A stretch of 62,683 bases of DNA, counting the filler. It is 13 parts of 13 records of this genome, joined end to end, with 100 filler letters (N's around TTAATTAATTAA, not from the genome) between each part and the next. Parts side by side here need not be neighbours in the genome. Positions count along the whole stretch, not along the records: positions 53,335 to 56,953 come from SRR15195285_4245; positions 57,054 to 62,683 come from SRR15195285_4246; 11 more parts are not named here. One strand, 5' to 3'. The notes beneath the pieces were generated by a model, which was not told where the DNA came from, did no database searches, and was given only the letters and a program-made list of their open reading frames with translations. Each line of letters starts with the position of its first letter. The stretch's first letter is position 1. The translations under genes were made by a program, and so were the position numbers. Positions 56,701 to 62,683 of this stretch are shown here, piece by piece.

Positions 56701-56953
56701 GGTGCGGGCTACTTGGAGCCGAAGAGCCTGCGGTCGTGCTTTACTACATGGCTAGAGCCATCAATGAACAAAGTGGACGTTCTCACTTCTTCACTTGACG
56801 AGTGGATGTTTGGTCGAGTGGATGCTTCTGGAGCGCGCAAGGGTGCGCTTCGGTGTTTTGACGCGGCAGGACGCTTGCGCAACGCGGACATCCCATCGAC
56901 AATACGCAAAGCCAGCGCAAGAGAGGTTTCGATGATGGCAGATGCGCTAGTCG
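53723..56953 (+). CDS. Multi-EF-hand protein built from at least 4 tandem calcineurin-B/neuronal-calcium-sensor-like modules; multi-exon, 3' partial
   Basis: Repeating RLFxxxD-(EF loop)...LAFRxxD-(EF loop) units: DADNTGAIDAFE, DRDGRIDRDE, DTDDNGFVTETE, DTTGDRRMTAKE, DVNKNGFLSQDE; five canonical introns keep the frame. Confidence 0.85.
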
Positions 56954-57145
56954 NNNNNNNNNNNNNNNNNNNNNNNNNNNNNNNNNNNNNNNNNNNNTTA
57001 ATTAATTAANNNNNNNNNNNNNNNNNNNNNNNNNNNNNNNNNNNNNNNNNNNNCTGCTGCGGGCCGCTGCTGCGCTGTCGTGCTGTGCCCCCGGCGGTGC
57101 GGCGCTGGGCTGCTCGGGTGGGTGGGTCGGCGGTGTGCGGACTGG

Positions 57146-60100
57146 ATGCGGGGGCGTTCTGCGGGGTGTGTGCTGGCGGCGCTCGGGGCGCTGGCGGTGC
57201 TGGCGGCGGTGTCGGAGGGCGGCGGCGGGGTGGGCAGCGCGGGCGAGGAGGTCGACCCGGGCCCGCCGCCGCCGCCCCCGCCGCACGGGAAGAAGTCGAA
57301 CCGTGCGGGGCGGAAGGTGACGGATGAGGTGCTGCAGGTGAGGGAGTGGCTGGTGAAGATGAAGGACAACAAGGGCGATGCGGCGGTGCAGACGCAGGGC
57401 TGCGAGAAGCTCGCGGAGATCGCCGCGGGTAGCGACGAGGCGCTGGCGGAGGTTGCGTTCAGGGGCGTGTCGCGCATCGTGGCGGGCATGCGTGTGCACC
57501 CGGGCAACGAACAGCTGCAGGAGGCTGGCTGCTGGGTGCGCGTTCAGCTCCGCCCCATGTGCTCCCAAGCTGCGCCGCCCGTTTGTGCTGGTCGCGTCGG
57601 GCGCTGACCGCGTCCATGCTTCATTCGCACGCGCGGCAGACGCTGTCGACCGCCGCGCGCATTGTCGACGCTACCCAGAAGCTCGGACTGGCCGCGCAGT
57701 CGCGCCACCTAGGCGTTGTCTCGCCGTCTCTCACGGACGCGCAGTTGTCGGAGGAGCGAAACTTCACAGGTACTACCCACGCCTGGGCGTGGATCGAGCC
57801 ACCTGAGCCAGCCCGTTCGCACTGCCTGATGGCGCTTGCGCTGTGTGGCTGCTCCCGGCAGACTCTGTGCTGGGACAGGTAGCCAAGCACGATGGAATCC
57901 AGACGCTGGTGGATGCTTTGCGGCGAAACGCGCCGGCCGGGCAGCGCATGTCCGCTGACGTGCCGTCGGAGTCGATGATGGAGTGCGGCCTCACCCTGCT
58001 GGCGGGAATCTCCGGGCTCGATATGCCGGGGCCTCGCGAGCCGGTGGGAATCTGATTGACGCGAATCCCAGCTGCGCTGCCGACCGCACTGCGCTTTGGC
58101 CTCCTGCCGCTCGTCTGACCACCACTGTGCTCCGTGTCGCCACAGGAACCACGGAAGTGGCAAATATCGCGTGCTGGTGGCATTGAAGCCGTGGTACGCT
58201 CGATGATGGCGAACCCTGGTTCTGAAGTAGTGCAGCACCGCGGTACACAAGTTCTTCGCAATCTTCATACGCAGCTTACAGACTGGGCCCACAAACACCG
58301 CAAGGAGGTCGCCGAGGTATGTCTAACCTTGGACTGCACTTAGTGCCGCTTGCGTAAACTACAGCAGCCTCGTGCTCTCAAGCATGTCAAAGCGGAGTGC
58401 AACGCAGCTGAAGCTTTGTGGCGTGCTGGTGCACAATTCTTTCCACTACCAGGTTGGAATCGTGGAGGGGATTTTGCTCTCGCTCGAAATGCATCCGGGT
58501 GCGGCAGCCGTCCAGGAAAATGGTCTGTTTGTGCTTCTGATATTGGCGTCGAATCAAGGCACGAATCTGGAGCACAATATAAATTTGGGGCGCTCCCTCA
58601 TCTCCGCACCGACTGCCTCCGCTCGGGAAGACCTCGATATTACCAGAGAGAATATCGCTTCAGCTGGTGGTGCGTGCACGAGCAACGGGTTGTCTGTTCG
58701 ATTGGTCTGAGGTATGATTCCAGTTCTAATCCCTCCTCTATCTAACAGGGGTGGAAGCAGCAGCGCGAGCGATGCGGGCCCATCCCGATGAGGTGGTGGT
58801 ACAGGTGGCTGGGATGTGGCTGATGGAGGTGCTTCTGAGATGGACTCCGACAGGGGCAGCTGCAGCCGCTGCGGCTGCGGCAGGGGTGGCGAGCGGGGGA
58901 GCTTCTAGCAAATCCAGCCGCCACAGCTCCTGTCCGATCCACCTTTCCTCCCGTCCCTTTTGTCCCCAAGACTCCACAGCAAGTTTGGTTCTGGATGACA
59001 CGAAAGGGATGTTCTCCTGATGTGCACGCAGTTACAGCTGGTAATGAGCACGGGGACGCAGTGATGGCCGCGGAAGGCGACCAACTTGTGGTTGCGGCAA
59101 TGGACGCGCACCCTGCACACCACAAGCTGCAGCAGCTCGGCTGCAGCATCCTCGCCTCTCTTGCAGCGAACCGTGACGGGAGCTTGCCACTACCGATTGT
59201 GCCCAGAGCGTTGGCAGACATGCCTCACCGAACCCATCGACAGTACGTACAGACTTGTGCCTGTCTGAGTTGCGATTGTTTTGGCTGCTGCTGCGACAAC
59301 GTGATGTCTTGCACTTTCGTGTGATGTGGATTGTATTCATATGCTCGCGTGCGCCACGCAGATTTCAACTTTACGACATGGCACGGTGGCTGTTCTCTAA
59401 ATTTTCTCCCCGCGGCACTGGCTACGTCACGACTCCCGCAGCTGTCCAAGCTGTCCTGAATGCGATCATGCTCACAACTGGGAAGACTGATAGGCCGTGG
59501 ACTCTCGCAAAGCACGGTAATCTAAACCTTGTCAGTCTGACAGACAGCCTTAAAGCTTTGTAGTGGGCCAGTGCACACGGCTGGGTCTATGGAGCAGCAG
59601 GTCTGACGCAGCAGCTATCTATTCATCGGAGAGTCACGATTTGTATTGTACTGCGTGCAGGAACAACTGGAGATCGTTATGGATCAGTGAGGCGTACTGA
59701 GGAGTACAAGACTTCTCTTAACACAATGAATTCATGCATGCAGGTGGGTGCCATGTATGTTTCTGGTTTTGATGCCTGTGTGGACTTTGGTTAAAACTCA
59801 CAGCATCGTGGTGCGTGTAGGCGCTGGCAGAGATGGTGCACAATGATCCTGTGGCTACCCGGTCTGTTCTTGGGGATCGACAGCTCAGAGTGAGCGACGG
59901 TGTCACCAAAGGTAATTTGTCCGATATGATCTGTTGGGTTTGCAGGCTGTATCTGCGTTGCAACCGGTGCCTGTGTGATCAACACAGTCTCAGTTGCTGA
60001 GAAATCTATACTGTCTGACCGATCGACGGCTACTGCAATTGGCATACACGTGTCTGCGGATGTTGTGAACGGATAGTGTTGCATGCAATGCGCTCTCACA

Positions 60101-61000
60101 ACCATGATCATCTCGCCCAAGAGTACGGGTGCACCACACTACGTCAGCTGGCGTCATCGGCTGATATCACCGTGAACGACCCGAAACTCGGTGAGGGTAG
60201 CGACGTTCAGCCAGCTAACTGCTGGCCACACAGCGACTCCCGAAAAGGTGCTGGCGAGCCCAGTGGCAGCAATGATGAGTGCACATACGCGATTGGGTCC
60301 AACGACATCATCGCCCACATTCAACTGGATCGGAGCTTTGACCAGGCAGAGTGAGTCAGACAGGCGCATGTGCGCGTGCACACACAGTAGCTTCGCACTG
60401 TATCAGTCCTTGCCACGATCTTTAGGGTACTACAGTAGTTGTTCTGACCACAAGTTCAATTGCATCAGTAGGCTTTCTCTTCTACACACTTCATTACGTT
60501 TGAGTTGCTTGTACTTCGTTCGTCTTGCACTGTGCAGGGCCTGCATGTCGGACTGGCGGTGGTTCTGGGTGTCACCTCGCCTTTTCCTAATACGCAGCTT
60601 TCGCCGCTATCAGGCCCATCAGGATAAGCATCAGACATTTTTCGCGATTGTGAGGGTAATTTCGATCACCTCGGTGTCGTGGATGTTTTGTACAAGCATC
60701 ATCTGGCCTGTCTACGACAGTGTGGTGAATGCTTTCAGCAGCGCTGTGCGTGGAACTAAGGCAAACGACAATTTAGCCACAAGCAACAACTCCAAGAGCA
60801 GCGGCAACGATGACAGCGCTGGTAAAGACGGCGCTAGCAGCAGACGTGGTGACGGAGGACTGTCTTCAACAGCGGCAAAGAAGTTTGCCGCCACGCAAGC
60901 GGCAAAGATAGCACGGGGTCCTAAAAGCGGCAAGGCTCTGACTGCGGCAGAGATTGCAGCTCGGGCAGAAAAGGCAGCTAAGCGCAGAAAAGGTAACTAA
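57146..61000 (+). CDS. ARM-repeat protein with signal-peptide-like N-terminus and C-terminal TM; intron-rich
   Basis: MRGRSAGCVLAALGALAVLAAVS; repeats such as GVSRIVAGMRVHPGNEQLQEAGCW, GGIEAVVRSMMANPGSEVVQHRG, GVEAAARAMRAHPDEVVVQVAG and VVAAMDAHPAHHKLQQLGCSILASL. Confidence 0.72.
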
Positions 61001-61213
61001 CCGTAGCTGATCTGCGAAAGCCTCAGTAGTAAAATTCATATGCAAGTGAAGCAAGTCTCAATGTGACTACGCGGTGCCTACATGCTTCATGTTCCCTCCG
61101 TGCACTGCTTGAAGAAGATCGTCTTACAGTTTAAAGTACTAGGTATGTGAAGTTTTTGTTACACCAATTCTCTGTATAGATTGTCAGCTTCGCCTTGCCA
61201 CCTCGCTGCCCTA

Positions 61214-62580
61214 TCAGAGCTTTGCCAGCTGGTACCAGTCGGATAGGGCTTCCGTTAGCGGCAGCTCGATGGACGGATCTCGATGCAATGCATACTTCAT
61301 TTGCTGCCCAAACTTGCCAGCCATGACCATTCGATGCCTCTGCCCGGCGTTTCCTGGATAAATGGGATGCTCCACGTCTCCAGGGTAGCACAGAGCGGAC
61401 TCGAACCCTGCCGCCCGGTCTGCATCGTCTAGTGTCGCAACGAATGGCTTGATCGGGTATTTCAGTGAAAGCGCCTGCGCGGGGCTGCACATAAACGATG
61501 CAAGCTCTGACAGTTCTGAGCAGCCTGCCATGTCGTTGAGAATGTACCACTGTGGGGGCGCCAGGAAGATTTCACCCTCGTCTGACGCCTGCAATGCCTC
61601 GAGTGGAGAGAGCCACGCCAGCTTGACGGTTTCGTTTGCATCGGTTGCGGCATGAGCAAGCGTGGCTGCGTCAGAACAGCAGTGAAGGAAAAAACGTGCG
61701 TCAAAGCCACCCTTCGGCAAGCGATCATGCTCCATATCGGGAGTGATGAACGAGCACAGTGGAGTCAGCTGACTGAGACTAAGTGCCGCGCCATGCTCTC
61801 CGTAGAACTTCACAAACTGCGACGCATCGTCGTGCACCTCTTTGCGCCAGCGGGAGCATGCTGCTGGCGAGAGGGAAAACGGCGTGTCCGCGACCACGAT
61901 GCCGCTCTCTTCAAATGCTTCCCGCGCAGCTGCCGTCGCCGTCACGGCGTGGATGTCATCCTTGCCGACCAGGGCTCGTGCGACCGCGACGTCTTTCCTG
62001 TCCACAGCTCCCCCAGGAAAGACCATTACATCGGGCATGAAGGTCGACTTGGAGGTACGTTGCAGCAGGCAGACTTTATAATCTGCCGTATCCTCTAAGA
62101 CACCACCTCGTGTCACAGCCTTACCTGCTCCGGTGAACAAGGACCTCGGTGTCAAACCGTGAACTCCATGGTACGCGTGCAAGGCAAAGCTGATCAATGT
62201 GATCATCGACGCAAGCAAGCGATCTCTGGCTATTGAGAGGAGTCGGAACCCTGCATCGGTGTCTCAGCAGCCGGCGTGCTGCTACGAGCCAAAAAAAGCA
62301 CCTTCCCACAGTTAGCAGCCGCGGCGGCACATGATATCCCAGTGTACACTAACGAAACTGACGAGTGGTTCCCAACGAGTCAGACCGAAAGGGCAGTACT
62401 ACGGACCCATGTAGCAGGGTGCTTCACCTCGGAGCACTGGCAGGGAGTGGGCCAGGGCAGGGCCGGGTCGTACCTCGGTGACGGTGGGAGGGAGTGGCTC
62501 GCTGCTGCAATGATGACGGAGGCGCTCAACCGGTGTGGCTTTGCATTCAGAGTCGTCGCATTGCATGGATTCATATTCAT
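61214..62580 (-). CDS. NUDT19-like Nudix hydrolase (acyl-CoA diphosphatase family); 5' exon structure uncertain, may extend beyond the window
   Basis: RLSASVIIAA, DYKVCLLQRTSKSTFMPDVMVFPGG, AAAREAFEESGI, FITP, FDARFF and WLSPLEAL...LAPPQWYIL. Confidence 0.85.
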
Positions 62581-62683
62581 GGCGGGCTGCGTGGACTCCC
62601 TGACAACAGCTGTAGCTGTAGCTGTAGCTGTAGGTGCGCATGCCGGCGACGTGGCAGCAGCACTAGCAGCAGCAGCAGCAGCA

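Noticed and set aside
5283-57053. Regularly recurring TTAATTAATTAA as a biological repeat or CRISPR-like array
   Set aside because: It is always embedded in N-runs and is a six-frame-stop scaffolding linker.
60808-60840. SECIS-like ATGAC-stem-AAA-stem on the plus strand
   Set aside because: It is inside the ARM gene coding region, on the wrong strand for the Nudix gene, and has no 3' GA quartet.

Overview
This is eukaryotic nuclear DNA, not one contiguous locus. It is 13 short contigs joined by 12 artificial N44-TTAATTAATTAA-N44-type spacers, so adjacency across spacers carries no meaning. It is GC-rich and gene-dense, with short GT-AG introns (about 60-550 nt). Gene content points to a free-living flagellated protist: HYDIN, DNAAF6/PIH1D3, a plant-like tRNA-Lys(CTT) and frequent (EP)n tracts. 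A Picozoa-like marine lineage is my guess and is not established. Recognisable genes are a voltage-sensor-fused adenylyl cyclase, ACL4, two PhyH-family Fe/2OG dioxygenases, FKBP12, DNAAF6, eIF3b, HYDIN, TSEN34, a tandem SGNH hydrolase, a signal-peptide ankyrin protein, a POT/MFS transporter, a CCCH-zinc-finger methyltransferase, a GAF-PDE, a tandem NCS/calcineurin-B-like EF-hand protein, an ARM-repeat protein and a NUDT19-like Nudix hydrolase. Five leads stand out: (1) a phosphodiesterase with an EF-hand pair inserted inside its GAF domain; (2) a possible in-frame UGA (Cys-UGA) micro-exon in the Nudix gene; (3) a PhyH enzyme with an HxG, halogenase-type iron motif; (4) a methyltransferase with a CysRS-like tRNA-binding insert; (5) an intron-containing ParB/Srx-like gene. 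I found no CRISPR array, rRNA or recognisable transposase. Exon boundaries were read by eye and are unverified.
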